DNA of 48,964 nucleotides from Octopus bimaculoides (GCF_001194135.2 NC_069008.1:10979412-11028375), one strand, 5' to 3'; shown: positions 33,610-46,431, numbered from the stretch's first letter. Numbers and translations are program-made. The notes: generated from the letters alone by a model not told the origin.

Positions 33610-34546
33610 TGAGGGTGGTTGCTCTGAGGGTGTAGTGGCGAGAATAAGAATAGCCTGCACAAAGTTCAGTGAGCTCTTACCTCTGCTGGCAACTAAGGAT
33701 GAAAGGTAGACTGTATGATGCATGTGTGTGAACTGCCATGTTTCATGGTAGTGTAACATAGGCCATGACTGCTGAGGTCAAGCGTAGGCTTAAAAGAAAT
33801 GAAGCTAGTATGATCCACTGGATGTGTAATGTCAGTGTGCATACATGACGGAGTGTAAGCACCTGAGAGAAAAGTTGGACATAAGAAGCACCAAATGTGG
33901 TGTGCAAGAGACGACGGCACTGGTATGGTCATGTGTTGTGTATGGATGAGGACAGCTGTGTGAGGAAGTGTCACTCTCTAACTGTGGAAGGAACCTGTAG
34001 AAGGGGTAGTTCTAGGAAGACATGGGATGAGGTGGTGAAGCATGACCTTTGAATATTGGGCTGCATAAAGGCAATGATAGGGGACCAAGACCTTTGGAGA
34101 TATGCTATTATTGAGAAGACCCAGCAACTAACCTGAGATTGCAACAATGGCCAATGCCAGTGCTGCACATCTGGCCAATTTAAGAGTACCCCTGATGCAA
34201 TATGATATGCTTGAGAAGGCCTGTTCAGTCAAGTAAAACCAAAATTGTAGCTGTGGTCCGTGCCTCCTGACTGGCTCCCATTCCAGTGGCATGTAAAAAG
34301 CACAATCTGAATGTGGTTGATCCCAGGTCCACCTGACTGGCTCCTGTGCCAGTGGCACGTAAAAACTAACCACTACACACTTGGAGTGGTTGGCATTAGG
34401 AAGGGTATCCAGCTGTAGAAACATTGCCAGATCAGATTGGAGCCTGGTGCAGCTCACTGGCTTGCCAGACCTCAGCTAAACTGTCCAACCCATGCCAGCG
34501 TGGAAAACGGACGTTAAACGATGATGATAATGATGATGATGATGAT
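33610..34546 (+). mobile_element. RTE LINE 3' fragment, decayed
   Basis: ORF2 C-terminal remnants, 3' UTR units and (GAT)n tail. Confidence 0.9.
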
Positions 34547-35279
34547 ATGTATATATATATATATATNNNNNNNNNNNNNNNNNNNNNNNNNNNNNNNNNN
34601 NNNNNNNNNNNNNNNNNNNNNNNNNNNNNNNNNNNNNNNNNNNNNNNNNNNNNNNNNNNNNNNNNNNNNNNNNNNNNNNNNNNNNNNNNNNNNNNNNNNN
34701 NNNNNNNNNNNNNNNNNNNNNNNNNNNNNNNNNNNNNNNNNNNNNNNNNNNNNNNNNNNNNNNNNNNNNNNNNNNNNNNNNNNNNNNNNNNNNNNNNNNN
34801 NNNNNNNNNNNNNNNNNNNNNNNNNNNNNNNNNNNNNNNNNNNNNNNNNNNNNNNNNNNNNNNNNNNNNNNNNNNNNNNNNNNNNNNNNNNNNNNNNNNN
34901 NNNNNNNNNNNNNNNNNNNNNNNNNNNNNNNNNNNNNNNNNNNNNNNNNNNNNNNNNNNNNNNNNNNNNNNNNNNNNNNNNNNNNNNNNNNNNNNNNNNN
35001 NNNNNNNNNNNNNNNNNNNNNNNNNNNNNNNNNNNNNNNNNNNNNNNNNNNNNNNNNNNNNNNNNNNNNNNNNNNNNNNNNNNNNNNNNNNNNNNNNNNN
35101 NNNNNNNNNNNNNNNNNNNNNNNNNNNNNNNNNNNNNNNNNNNNNNNNNNNNNNNNNNNNNNNNNNNNNNNNNNNNNNAAAGTCCAAAAGAACAGGAAGG
35201 ATGAAAAAACAATCGACAACAGTCCATGTGTAGTTACATTTTGGAATATATATACATATGTATATATGCACATTTATAT

Positions 35280-37777
35280 ATATTCCAAGAAGCAGGCCAG
35301 TCTGGAAAAGAAGGATTTGGGAGCTTAAGATTCCTTTGAATAGTCAGAGATTTAGAAACGTCCTAACTGAAGCATTTAAGGAGGAGGAGGAGAAATTACA
35401 GACATGTAACATAGAGGATATCTGGAAGTTCCTATGAGACAACTTACTGCGAGCCACAGATCAAATTTATAGCTGGTACAATCTGTTTCAATCTGACCTA
35501 AGGTGACGTGGTGGAAGAGTGTAACTGACAGGAGCATTTGAGAAAAGACATAGGCTTGGAAAGGTGGTGGCAACAAAGAACTATATTAAGTAGCTAGAAG
35601 GGACACTAGAAGCCAGGTATACGTAGTCAGGAGTGAAGCAGAAAGGAAGAAGTTTGCCAATGTTTGGTGGCACGAGTACCAGCAGCTCAAGGTGTTTTGG
35701 TTTGCAAGACTGTGTCAGAGAAAGTAGTGATGTAGGAGAGAAGTGCATTCACATGGATAATGGTTCACTTGCAGTTAGTGACTCTGCAAAAAAGAGGCTT
35801 GGAAGTGCCACTATAAAAGGGTGCTAAAATATAGAGAACACATGGGAGGGACCAGCTATCTGAATAGACAGTAGCTTAGTAGATAAAACTACTATGGATA
35901 TGAAGATAGGGAAAGACACTGGCCCACCAAAAGTCACCAATGATATCCTCAAAATATCTGGCAAAGTGGGATATAGTCTAGACGTCTGTATAATTGATCA
36001 GGTTGTCCATGAGAGAGTCATACCCAATGACTGGTGTAGAAGCATTATGGTTAACTACGAGAAAGGTAAAGGTAACGCCTTAGACAGAACTAAATGCAGA
36101 GGTATCAAGTTACTAGACTCAGAGATGAAAATTACAGACAAGGTCATAACTCAACTAATTAGTATGAGAGTTAGTCTAGATGAGATGCAGTTTGGTTTTG
36201 TGTCAGGGAGAAGCACTACTGATGCTATATTCCTGGTAAGGAACTGTAGAAGTATCTAGTCAAAACTAAACCTCTGTACTAGGCTTTTGTTGACATAAAA
36301 AAGCCTTTGACAGGGTACCCTGCTCCCTTATCTAGTGGAAGCTAGGGATAGATGAGAAGTTGGCAAAAGCTGTACAGGCCATGTACAGGGATGCTGTCAG
36401 GAAGGTGAAAGTCAGCAACGACTATAGCAATGAACTCAGAGTACAGGTAGTAGTTCACCATAAATCAGTTCTCAGTCCCCTCTTATTTATCATAGCCTTC
36501 CAGACCATAACAGAATTTAAGACTGGCATCCCTTAGGAGCTCCTCTATGCTGATGACCTTGTTCATATAGTTGCATCACTACCTGAACTAGAGAGGAAGT
36601 TTCAGGCATGAAAGCAATATATGGAATCAAAGAGCCTTGGAGTTAATTTAGTGAATGTCAAAGTCCTAGTAAGTAGGAAAACAGACAAATCACACATCCC
36701 TTCCGGAAAATGGCCCTACTTAATATGTAGGAAATGTGTTGGTAGAAACGACATATGGTGTACCCAGTGTAAGCTATGGACATGTAAGAAGTGCTGTATT
36801 ATTACAGGAAGGTTAGCAGAGAAATTAGTTTTGTGTGTGACAGATATGCAGGTGCAATAAACATTAAGAATGTAGAGAGAATAAACTTCCTTAAATGTTT
36901 GTGGAGATCCTTAGAGGTAGTAGATAGCTTCCATTATTTAAGTGAGCAAGTTTACAGTAGTGGAGGAAGTTTTGAAAGTGTAGTTGCTAGAACAGGAATG
37001 GGCTGGGTAAAGTTCAGAGAGCTACTACCTTTTTGGTAACAAAGAGCCTCTCCTTCAGAATAAAAAGCAGATTGTATGATGCCTGTGTGTTAACAGCCAT
37101 GGTAGTGAAACAGGGAATGTGATAGAAGAGAACATGTGAAAGCTTGAAAGAAACAGAGCTAGCATACTCTGATGGATGTGCAATGTCAGTGTGCAAGTAT
37201 AACAGAGTGTAAGTGAGTTTAAGAGAAAAATTGGGTCTAAGAGGCATTAAATGTAGTGTGCAAGAGAGAAGACTGCACTGGTATGGCCAAACGATATGTA
37301 TGGATGAAGAGAGCTATGTAAAGAAGTGCTGAACTCTAATAGTGGAGAGTACATGCAGAAGGGGTAGAGCCAAGAAAATGTGGGATGAGGTGATGAAATA
37401 TGATCTTCAGTTATTGTGTATCAAAGAGGTGATGACAAGTAACCAAGACTTCTGGTGATTTGCTATGCTTCAGATGACATGTTATGCTGGTGACACATAA
37501 AAGGCACCAGTACTGGAAACATGTAGAAGACATCTGTGCCAGTGACATGTGAAAGGCATCCATGCTGGTAACACATAAAAGGGCACCTTTGCTGGTGGCA
37601 GGCAAAAGACCCCCAACAGCGCTGTAAAATGGCTGGTGTTAAGAAGAGCATCCAGCCATAGAAACCAAGCCAAAATAGATGACTAGAACCTGGTGTAGCT
37701 CTCTGGCTTACTAGCTCCAGTCAAACCATCTAACCCATGCTGGCATGGAAAACTAGCATTAAATGATGCTGATGCTG

Positions 37778-37779
<2 letters not shown>
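35280..37779 (+). pseudogene. RTE LINE, about 2.5 kb, decayed ORF2 (linker, reverse transcriptase, Cys-rich finger, C-terminus) plus 3' UTR
   Basis: RGIKLLD..LDEMQFGFVSGRSTTDAIFLVR, YADD at 36546-36557, CTQCKLW, WVKFRELLP; many stops and frameshifts; GAT-rich tail. Confidence 0.92.
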
Positions 37780-37863
<84 letters not shown>

Positions 37864-37873
37864 NNNNNNNNNN

Positions 37874-37934
<61 letters not shown>

Positions 37935-37945
<11 letters not shown>

Positions 37946-38150
37946 TTGTACCTTTGTTTGTTCCCCACCACTGCTTGACAACTAGTGCTGATATGTTTAT
38001 GTTCCCTTAACTTAGCAGTTCAGGAAAAGAGACAAATAGAATAAGTATCAGGCTTAAAATAAAAAATAAGCACTAGGGTCGGTTCATCTGATTAAAAATT
38101 CTTCAAAGCAGTGCTCCAGCATGGCCACAGTCTAACAACTGAAACAAGAT
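37935..38150 (+). mobile_element. SINE 3' half
   Basis: Tail ...GTGCTCCAGCATGGCCACAGTC...CTGAAACAAG. Confidence 0.85.
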
Positions 38151-38157
38151 ATACATA

Positions 38158-38943
38158 CTAGAATGAAAAATGCAGGTGCAGAATCCAAAAATATTCTTAA
38201 GTATTGAACCTGGAAAAGTACAGAACAAGCAGTTATTTAGCCTGGAAAAGTACAGAGAAGGAAAAAAATTTAAAATATTGCTGCTGAAGTTAGAATTTAA
38301 AAATCAAAATAGTAATAAATGCTCTTTCATAATTTTTATTTTCACTTAAAAGTTTAAATTAAAATACTCAGCAAGCTATTTATTTTCAATTTTAGTGAAA
38401 AGACTAATTGCTTGCAAGTTTATACATTAAAAATTTGATGTTACAAATTTATAAATTTAAAAAAACCATACAATGGCAATTTAACCAGCATTGACAATTA
38501 TATCCCCATAATTTTTTTTTAAAAGCTAGAGAGTCACTTGTACATTTTGCACTCAATTTTTCATTAGCTTTCATTTTCTTAAATATTTTTCTAACTGTAA
38601 ATAAAAAATACTTTATCTGATAATGCGAACTTTAAAGAGATTAATTCTTTTGTTTCTTTAAGAAAATAAAATTGAAAAATAATATAATACAGAAATGTTT
38701 TAGCTTAATACAAAAAAAAATTTAATCAAAAATATTGAATTAAAAGAAAATGCCAAAAAAAAACAAGTAAAAAATATAAAAACAACACAATGCATGCACT
38801 ATTTGATGAACAATTTCAGAAATTTATTTAGCAAATTCTAACTTCAGTAGCAATATTTTAAGATTTTTCTCTTCTTGCCCTGTACTTTTCCAGGCTTAAT
38901 TACTGCTGGTTCTAGGTTTCTGTGTCCACGTTTTTCATTCTAG
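38158..38943. mobile_element. Foldback/MITE with long (about 110-130 bp) TIRs, TA-flanked
   Basis: TA-CTAGAATGAAAAA...GCCTGGAAAAGTACAG...AAAATATTGCT.CTGAAGTTAGAATTT at the left, reverse complement at about 38832-38945. The left arm carries a local duplication of CCTGGAAAAGTACAGA. Confidence 0.8.
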
Positions 38944-39439
38944 TACACTTTTTTCCAGACAAGACTTCTAGTTTAATAATTAATATTTACCTTTAAAGTT
39001 GAAAAAATGACGCTATTGTAAATATTTTTTAAATACAGATTTTGTTCCAGCTTAGAAATTTAGTTTGCACCTAAAATTTACAGAGAATAAATAGCAACAT
39101 ATCTGTTAGAAATATATTTTAAACACTTTTTATTATAAAATAATGCTAGATTCTAATTAAATCTACTCTATAAATAAGAGTGTATGCGGTTATGTGTGTT
39201 TAGCCTTGAAAGAAAACTTAATCTGATTTTCAAAATTCCAAAGAGAAAGTTGTCCATGAATAATAATCAAAACATAATTACTTCTAGATCAACAAATCTC
39301 CCATTCTTTATCTGGCACCAACAATCTTTTTTAATGAGTGAAATTTTTTGTTTATTTTAATATGTTTTTAATATGTACATAGTTTAATACATAAATAGAA
39401 TAATAAAAATTAATATAAAATCACAGAAAAAATGAAAAC

Positions 39440-40260
39440 TTATACTTAATACTTTTAGATGGTTTTCCCCAAAATATTTATCGCAATGAACTCTTACATT
39501 TGCATTTAAATAGTATTATTTTTCTCTTGAAGAGACAAAAATATTTAGATTTCTTTAAATTATCACCTTTTTTGCCACATAAAGCTACACAACATTTTTT
39601 GTAGTAAATATTTTTTGACAAGGTTTTTACCTTAAGATTATTCTCATAGAGCCATTTGATTTGAAGTAAATCTCAAATGAAGAATAGCTGTGTAAACATC
39701 TTAGATGATTGGCTAAACATCCCCTTAGAAACTAGAAAAAAGTGGTCAACAACCTACTACAGAGTATTGACACCCTGTACCTCTCAAACTCTGGTTAAGC
39801 ATTCTGTATACCAAGCCAAATGATCCATAGCATCAGATGCCATCTTTTATAATGCTAAATATCTTAAACTGACAAAAATATAAAAATATTTCATTTGTTA
39901 AAATGATCCCTATTTTTTCTTCACTAAAATCAACACTACTTTTGTAGTTATTATTTTTTGATGTGGTTTTCACCTTAAGAATCGCTCCATAGAGCTCTTT
40001 TCTCTGAAAACAATTATTGTATAGTTTTCTTCAATATGAGCTGAGATATTACAATTCAATATCAATTTAGGGGGTTAATTATCATTTTGCTTGTCACTTA
40101 AAGCCACAATACGTTTTTTGTAGTAAATACTTTTTAATGCAGTTTTCCCCCAAAGAATTTACTCAATGAGCACATTCTTTTAAATCCAATAAATCTATAC
40201 TTTTCTTTTAAAATAACTGAGATATTTTGATTCAAAGTCAATTTTTTGCTTACTCTCCCA
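39440..40260. repeat. Degenerate dispersed repeat units (three to four copies)
   Basis: TTTTGTAGT(A/T)A..A.TTTTT...GGTTTT...CC..AAGA.T recurs near 39595, 39940 and 40115, with a partial copy near 39455. Confidence 0.55.
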
Positions 40261-40539
40261 TTTTTGACCTTACAAATATTGACCGAACCTTTTTTTTAAT
40301 GAATCAAATTTCAATTTTATCCCAAAACGTACCTTAGGACTTGACCGTTATTGCTAAATAAAATAACATTCAATTTGGTTGAAGCATGAATGAGTGATAA
40401 AGCATAGAAATGCTCACAGGTAACTAAAGGTTAACCATAGAAATACATTCACCCATTGCCATGAGTGAATAAGTGTACTGCATTCAGTTTGGTTGAGAAC
40501 TGAAGCCTAAAAGCGCTTGCAAGTAGCTGAAAGTTTATC

Positions 40540-40767
40540 GTAACCTTTTAGTATGTTAACCGGTCATGTCAGGCCCAAATGTCCTACATGTTTTCTGTTC
40601 AAACTGATCAAATTCAGCTGCTCACACTTACTTTTTCAATGTCATAGTAAAAATATACTATAACATCATTGAAACCTATAAGCAGTGAGATAATGCATGA
40701 TTAATTCAAACCAGTTTGAATAAATAAACACTATGTTGACGGAATAATCTGAAAGCTAAAGGGTTAA
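40540..40767 (+). mobile_element. piggyBac-like MITE
   Basis: (G)TAA-CCTTTTAGTAT ... AAGCTAAAGGG-TTAA termini; homologous along its length to 44550-44784. Confidence 0.75.
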
Positions 40768-41264
40768 GAATATATTCACCCACATCAGTGGGTGAATAAT
40801 ATAGAACATGCTATATACATGTAGAGGATACAGTCTTTTTTGACACTGAAAATGAGAGTTTGTTTCATAACTCACTTTTCACGTCATTGGATTCATCAGG
40901 TGAGAACTGTTACATCTTGGTGTTGGTGGTGTTTTTATATCCTGGTGTATGTAATTATATCTTCTAATGCTTGTGCTTCTTCATTGGTCGACATTTTGTG
41001 TTTATTGATCAGTTGGTGTTTTTCTGGCTTCTTTATTGATTGCTTATGTTATGTTTGTGATGTGATGTGGTGTTTGTATTTCTTGCAATTGTAGGTAGGA
41101 AGCTGTTTATAAATTTATTTAGAATTTATTGCTGAGTTGGTGAGGGAGCCATTTTTGTTGATTTTTGTTCCTTTTCTATGTGCGCGTGTGTTTTTAAGGT
41201 TTTAAATAAAAGTTGTTTTTGAGAAAAGCCACTTATGAGTGTGTTGTTTGTAAAAGTAATGACG

Positions 41265-41620
41265 GTGTGATTGTATGGGTTCAATCCCACTGCATGGCAG
41301 CTTGGTCAGATGTCTTCTCCTATAGCCTCAGTCCAATCAAAGCATTGTGAATTGACTTGCTAAATGGAAACTGAAAGAGGCCCACCGTATATATTATATG
41401 TGTCCGTGTGTCTTTGTGTCTATCTTTGACCCCACCATTGCTTGACAACCGGTGTTGGTGTGTTTACATCCCCATAACTTAGGGTTTGGCAAAAAGTGAC
41501 CAATGCAGTAAGTACCAGGCTTAAAAAAATAAGTCCTGGGGTTGATTCATTTGACTAAAAAAATTCCAGGTAGTGCCCCAGCATGGCCACAGTCAACTGA
41601 CTGAAACAAGTGAAAGATAG
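41265..41620 (+). mobile_element. tRNA-derived SINE
   Basis: GGTTCAATCCC B-box-like motif, core and tail. Confidence 0.9.
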
Positions 41621-41727
41621 AAAGTAGTTGTATCCTTAATAAATCGTTTCATTCACAGTAGTGATTTTGAGAATTTGTTCTATAAAATTTGCTCTATAAA
41701 ATTTTGTTTCTCTTGCTTCAGAAATGA

Positions 41728-41793
<66 letters not shown>

Positions 41794-42211
41794 TGTGTAT
41801 GCATGAGTGTATATGCATGTGTGTGAGCTCTTTACTTCTTTAGAATTTTGAGATGAGTATTTTTTTCTTATTTTGCCGCTGGTTATACAAATATATTTGT
41901 ATGTGTGTGTGAGGGAGATGGATAGTTTCTTTATGAACGTCTTTGAGTGGTGTCAGCTGTGATATTGAGAATATATTTGCTGTGGACATATATGTTTTAA
42001 ATGAATGGTTTTGGCGTGTTGTGCTTTTTGCCCGATGAACAAACATTTATTATTTATACTTGCTGTATGTGTGCACGTGTTCAGTGTAGGTTTTTGTTTG
42101 TTGATTGGAGGGAATTTTTTTCTGTTTTAGAGAGTGTGTGTGTGCTAGAGAGAGATAGAGAGATAGAGAGAATAAGATGTGTACATATGTATATGTATGG
42201 GAATGTATATA

Positions 42212-42500
42212 CAAGGTGGTATCAAAAGGTCCTCGCATTAATTAACTTATTTACCTAAGTTTTAAAATCATCTTCGATGAAGTAGTAACCTTGCACAGCA
42301 ATACACTGGTCCCAGCATCCCTGCCACTTTTGGAACCTGGCCTGGAAGTCGTTTTCCATAAGCGAATCTAGGATCTTCTAAAATATTTCTTCTGGATCTA
42401 AACAACAGTGTTAAAATGGTAATCTTTGAGCTGCATTTTTATCATGGAGAAGAAATGGAAGTCCACAGGTGCTAAATCCGGTGAATAGGGGCAGGTGTGC
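42212..42500 (-). mobile_element. Mariner 3' fragment (third lineage)
   Basis: TA-CAAGGTGGTATCAAAAGGT terminus. Minus strand PYSPDLAPVDFHFFSMIKMQLK and FQKWQGCWDQCIAVQGYYF. Confidence 0.75.
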
Positions 42501-42604
42501 AAATTTGGATGGAGCCACAAACTGAAATGCTGTGTAGGTAATATGAATTGACTATGATAATTAATAAATAAATTGATTATCCTATGTGTGTATTTTCCAT
42601 TTTT

Positions 42605-42651
<47 letters not shown>

Positions 42652-42949
42652 AAGTGCAAACATATGTTTATAGGTTTGGCAATGCAAACAGGAAAAACAG
42701 AACTCAGGACATGAGTATATATGTTTTTTATTAGCAGGAGTAACAGTGAGTCTTGAGGGCTGAGAATTTCACATGTTAGCACTTAAGGTTTGATAAGTGA
42801 TCATACATTGATCTCTCAGGCCTTGAGTCATTCTGTTACTTCTACCAATTATTAATGAAAAATACATATGTACACACACACACACACACACACTCTCTTA
42901 CACGTGTGAGTGTGCATATTTTTATATATATATATCTGTTTCTATTTCA

Positions 42950-43190
42950 ACATCATCATCATAACTTTAGCACTGCTTTCCAAGCAATCATCAGTTGAAC
43001 AGCTCACTACTTTTGGAGTCAGAACATGTTCACGAGTGCTGCTCACCTGGATGGGCTAGAAGACCACATCATACTTGTGTTTCATTTTTGACTCGGCTTC
43101 TCTGACTGAATGCTCTTCTTAACACAAACCACCTTACAGAGGGTAGTGGTAGCTTATTTACATGGCACCAGCAGTAGAAAAGTGTCATGT
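42950..43190 (-). mobile_element. Old RTE 3' tail
   Basis: CATCATCATCAT tail and diverged family terminal sequence. Confidence 0.6.
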
Positions 43191-43829
43191 CCTTACCAAT
43201 ATATAGATTACTCTCATCTTTATGCATTACACAGTGTTTTTTTCTATTGTTTTGTGGCTCTAGCATTTGATAGATAACCAGGTTCTCAAAATGGCTAAAG
43301 GAACCTTCCCAACTAACATGTCCACTTATTCTCCTGCCTCTTAGCAGAGTGGAAGACATGATTTAAATAGGCATGACTAATTGTGCTAAGTGATAAGAGA
43401 AATGTGTGATAGGGGAATGACTGATAGGAGAATGAATAATATAGGATTGGTCATTATTATGAGACAAGTATTTGCATTCAAGACAAGGTGACCAAGAGGA
43501 TAGGGTGATGTGAGAAAATAGAATAAGGTTCGAGGCCCAGGATATAAGGAAGAAAAAGAATGAGAGAATGATGGCAGGCAGAAGGAAACAGGATGATAGA
43601 TGACAATAGAGGAAGGAAAGGTGGAGTGTGCTAGGCATAAATAGTCTCCATTATAGTCACTTATATATAGACTTTGCTATGGGCAGTTAACATACACACA
43701 CAGACATGCACACATACACACACACACACAAAACATATACACACCCATGCACACATACATTTCACACATACACACACACACACATGCTCACACAAACACA
43801 TACACGCACACATGCACACACATATGGTG

Positions 43830-44340
43830 GCTGTAATCATTTGAGGGCATCATTGGGATATACTCCACCTGCCCCCTCCATTTCTGGAACCATTTTCGTC
43901 CCTTATTTTTATTCTCTTCCCCTCCTCCGCCACCCATACTATTTCACTGCTGACCACCTTTCTGCAACATCAGTTATCACTCTTCATCATCCCACTGCTT
44001 TCTAATCTATCTTCCCTGAGCCCTTTCTGTCTCTCCCACCTCAGGTTTCCCTATACTGATATTTCTCATCAACTACACCTCCACTTTTGTTCATCACTCA
44101 TTACAATCTCTAACCATTTGTTACTCTCTCCTTCCATTCCATGGCCCACTGACCATATCCTCTCTAATGCTCACCTTTGTGTACCCTGAGAGTTGGCTCT
44201 GGCTCTCCATCACAACTTCTTTTATCCCCTCAACTACTCCCATCCACCCTTATATAATGTGGAGTAGCTACATATCTCTTCTATAGCAGGACACATGTAC
44301 TTGTCCTTCTCCCTCGCAAACTTTCCCCTCACACATTTTG
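43830..44340 (+). mobile_element. Possible decayed Penelope-like fragment
   Basis: IFPEPFLS remnant at about 44008-44032 resembles the PLE linker IFPEPP; pyrimidine-rich downstream tract. Confidence 0.3.
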
Positions 44341-44409
44341 AAGTAGAAGCTTTTTCAGTTTCCTTTTCCTTTTCCCTGTTCTTTTTTTGTCATGCAATTT
44401 ACTTAGAAG

Positions 44410-44840
44410 CCTCACTAGTGTTGGTGGCATGAAAAAATGCACCCAGTACACACTGTAAAGTGGTTGGTATTAAGAAGGGTATCCAGTCTTAGAAGCAATG
44501 TCAAACTGACACTGAAACTTGGCACAGCCCTCAGGCTTACCAGAACCTGTTAACCCTTTAGCATTCAAACTGACCCAAATTCATATCAGGCCCAAAACGT
44601 CTCCCTGTTTTGTGTTCAAATAGACCGGATCCAGCCTCTCATGACTACCCTGCAATGTCATTCTAAAATTAAACAAATGCATCTTCGAAATCTCACAGCT
44701 ACAAGATAACATATGATTAATTGAAAACGATGCAAATAATTAAGCATTATATTTGACAGAGTAATATGAATGCAAAAGGGATAAATCATCCAATCTATGC
44801 CAACATGGAAAACAGATATAAAACGATAACAATGATATTT
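44410..44840 (+). mobile_element. Old RTE 3' tail interrupted by a piggyBac-like MITE
   Basis: Tail sequence is continuous on both sides of 44550-44784. Confidence 0.75.
44550..44784 (+). mobile_element. piggyBac-like MITE
   Basis: TTAA-CCCTTTAGCATTCA ... TGAATGCAAAAGGG-ATAA (TTAA-like duplication). Confidence 0.8.
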
Positions 44841-45134
44841 ATACATACATTTACATGTTCAAATGTTATAATTTGGCAATGTAACAGGGAGATGACACTC
44901 CAAACCAAAGATTGTCCTTTGGGTGAATTTGCTAAACAGAAATTGGGTGAAAGCCAATTGGATAAAGGTAGATGTGTTTGGTTTCTCAACTGATTAATAG
45001 GCCAATCGAGTAGACCTATCAGAAACTAACCTATAATATCTACTGGAAACAGCCGTAAGTCAAATTTACTACAATAAAAAATATATGCAATAACCATTAT
45101 TTATGCCTTGTCTTGTATATCACTTTGTGTAAAA

Positions 45135-46370
45135 AGCAGTATAATTGGAGAACAGCCATGGATTTACACAAGGTTCTAGTAATTAGAAAAACAGACAAAT
45201 CACAAGTCCCTTCAGGGAGATGGCTCTGCTTGATATGTAAGAAGGGTGTTAGTAGAAACTCCATACACTGTACCCAGTGCAAGATTTGGACACATAAGAG
45301 GTGTAATGGTGTCACAGGAAGGTTAATGGAGAAAATAGTCTTTGTGTGTGGAAAATGTGTGGGTACAATAAGCACTAACAATGCACAGACAATAGACTCC
45401 CTCAAACGCTGGAGGGGATCCGTAGAAGTAGTAAATAGCTTGTTGCTTAGAAGACCAAGTTAGCAGTGGATTGGGAAGTTTTGAAAGCATAGTTGCTAGA
45501 ATAAGAATGAGCTGAGTAAAGTTGAGAGAGCTACCACCTTTGTTGGTAATTAAAGGCCTCTACCTCAGAGTGAATGGTAGATTGTATAATACCTGTGTAA
45601 GTACAGCTATGTCACATGGCAGTGAAACATGGGTTGTGACTACAGAGGACATGAGACAGGCTGAAAGGATTGAAGCCAGCATGTTCTGCTGGATGGGTAA
45701 TGTCAGCGTGCAAATGATTTAAGAGGAAAACTGGGTGTAAGAGACATCAGCTATTGTGTGCAAAGGAGATGACTGTACTGGTTTGGTCATGTGATGCATA
45801 TGGATGAGGACAGCTACTAAAGAAGTGCCAATCTCTAATTGTGGAGGGAACCTGTGGTAGGAGTAGACCCAGGAAGACATGGAACAAAGTGGTGAGAAAA
45901 GTTCTCCAGATGCTGGGCCCCACTGAGGAAATAATAAGGGACAGGGGATTTGTGGTGGTTTGCTGTACTTGAGAAGACATGTCAGGCCAAGTAAAATCAT
46001 GGCAATCTTTACATACAGGCATGTCTTTTATGTCCATATCCCCTCTCCCTCTCCCAACTGAGAGATCTTTGTCTTGCAGAAACTGGTGCTACATCAAATA
46101 CATTCATGCCAGTGTCACGTAAAATGCATTTAAGGTACCATGCAAGATGCACCAATGCAGGTGACACATAAAAAGCACCCAGCACGCTTGGTAAAGTGGT
46201 TGGCTTTAGGAAGGGTATCCAGCTGTAGAAATTATGCCAGACAGACAATTGTAGCCTGGACAGCTTTCCAGCAAGCCAGCTACTGTCAAACGTCCAACCC
46301 ATACCAGCATGGAAAATGGATGTAAAGCAAACGATGATGATGATGAGGATGATGATGATAATGGTGATGA
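45135..46370 (+). mobile_element. RTE LINE 3' fragment with intact-looking C4HC3 finger
   Basis: CLICKKGVSRNSIHCTQCKIWTHKRCNGVTGRLMEKIVFVCGKC, RELPPLLVIKGL..HGSETW, GRPRKTW, 3' UTR and GAT-rich tail. Confidence 0.9.
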
Positions 46371-46431
46371 ACTATTATAACCTTGGACTCTACTACAAGA
46401 ATACATGGAATTCTTATTAATCTAAACAAAA

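Noticed and set aside
1662-37985. Long ORFs in the track spanning N-runs or made of YI/HT/CV/poly-M repeats
   Set aside because: They result from gaps translated as X and from di- or trinucleotide microsatellites, not genes.
39700-39830. DDWLNIPLET resembling a Tc1-family C-terminus
   Set aside because: Only about ten residues match and there are no TIRs or other motifs.
44885-44970. Possible 80-nt exon (EMTLQTKDCPLGEFAKQKLGESQLDK) with AG/GT ends
   Set aside because: Weak polypyrimidine tract and no homology I recognise.
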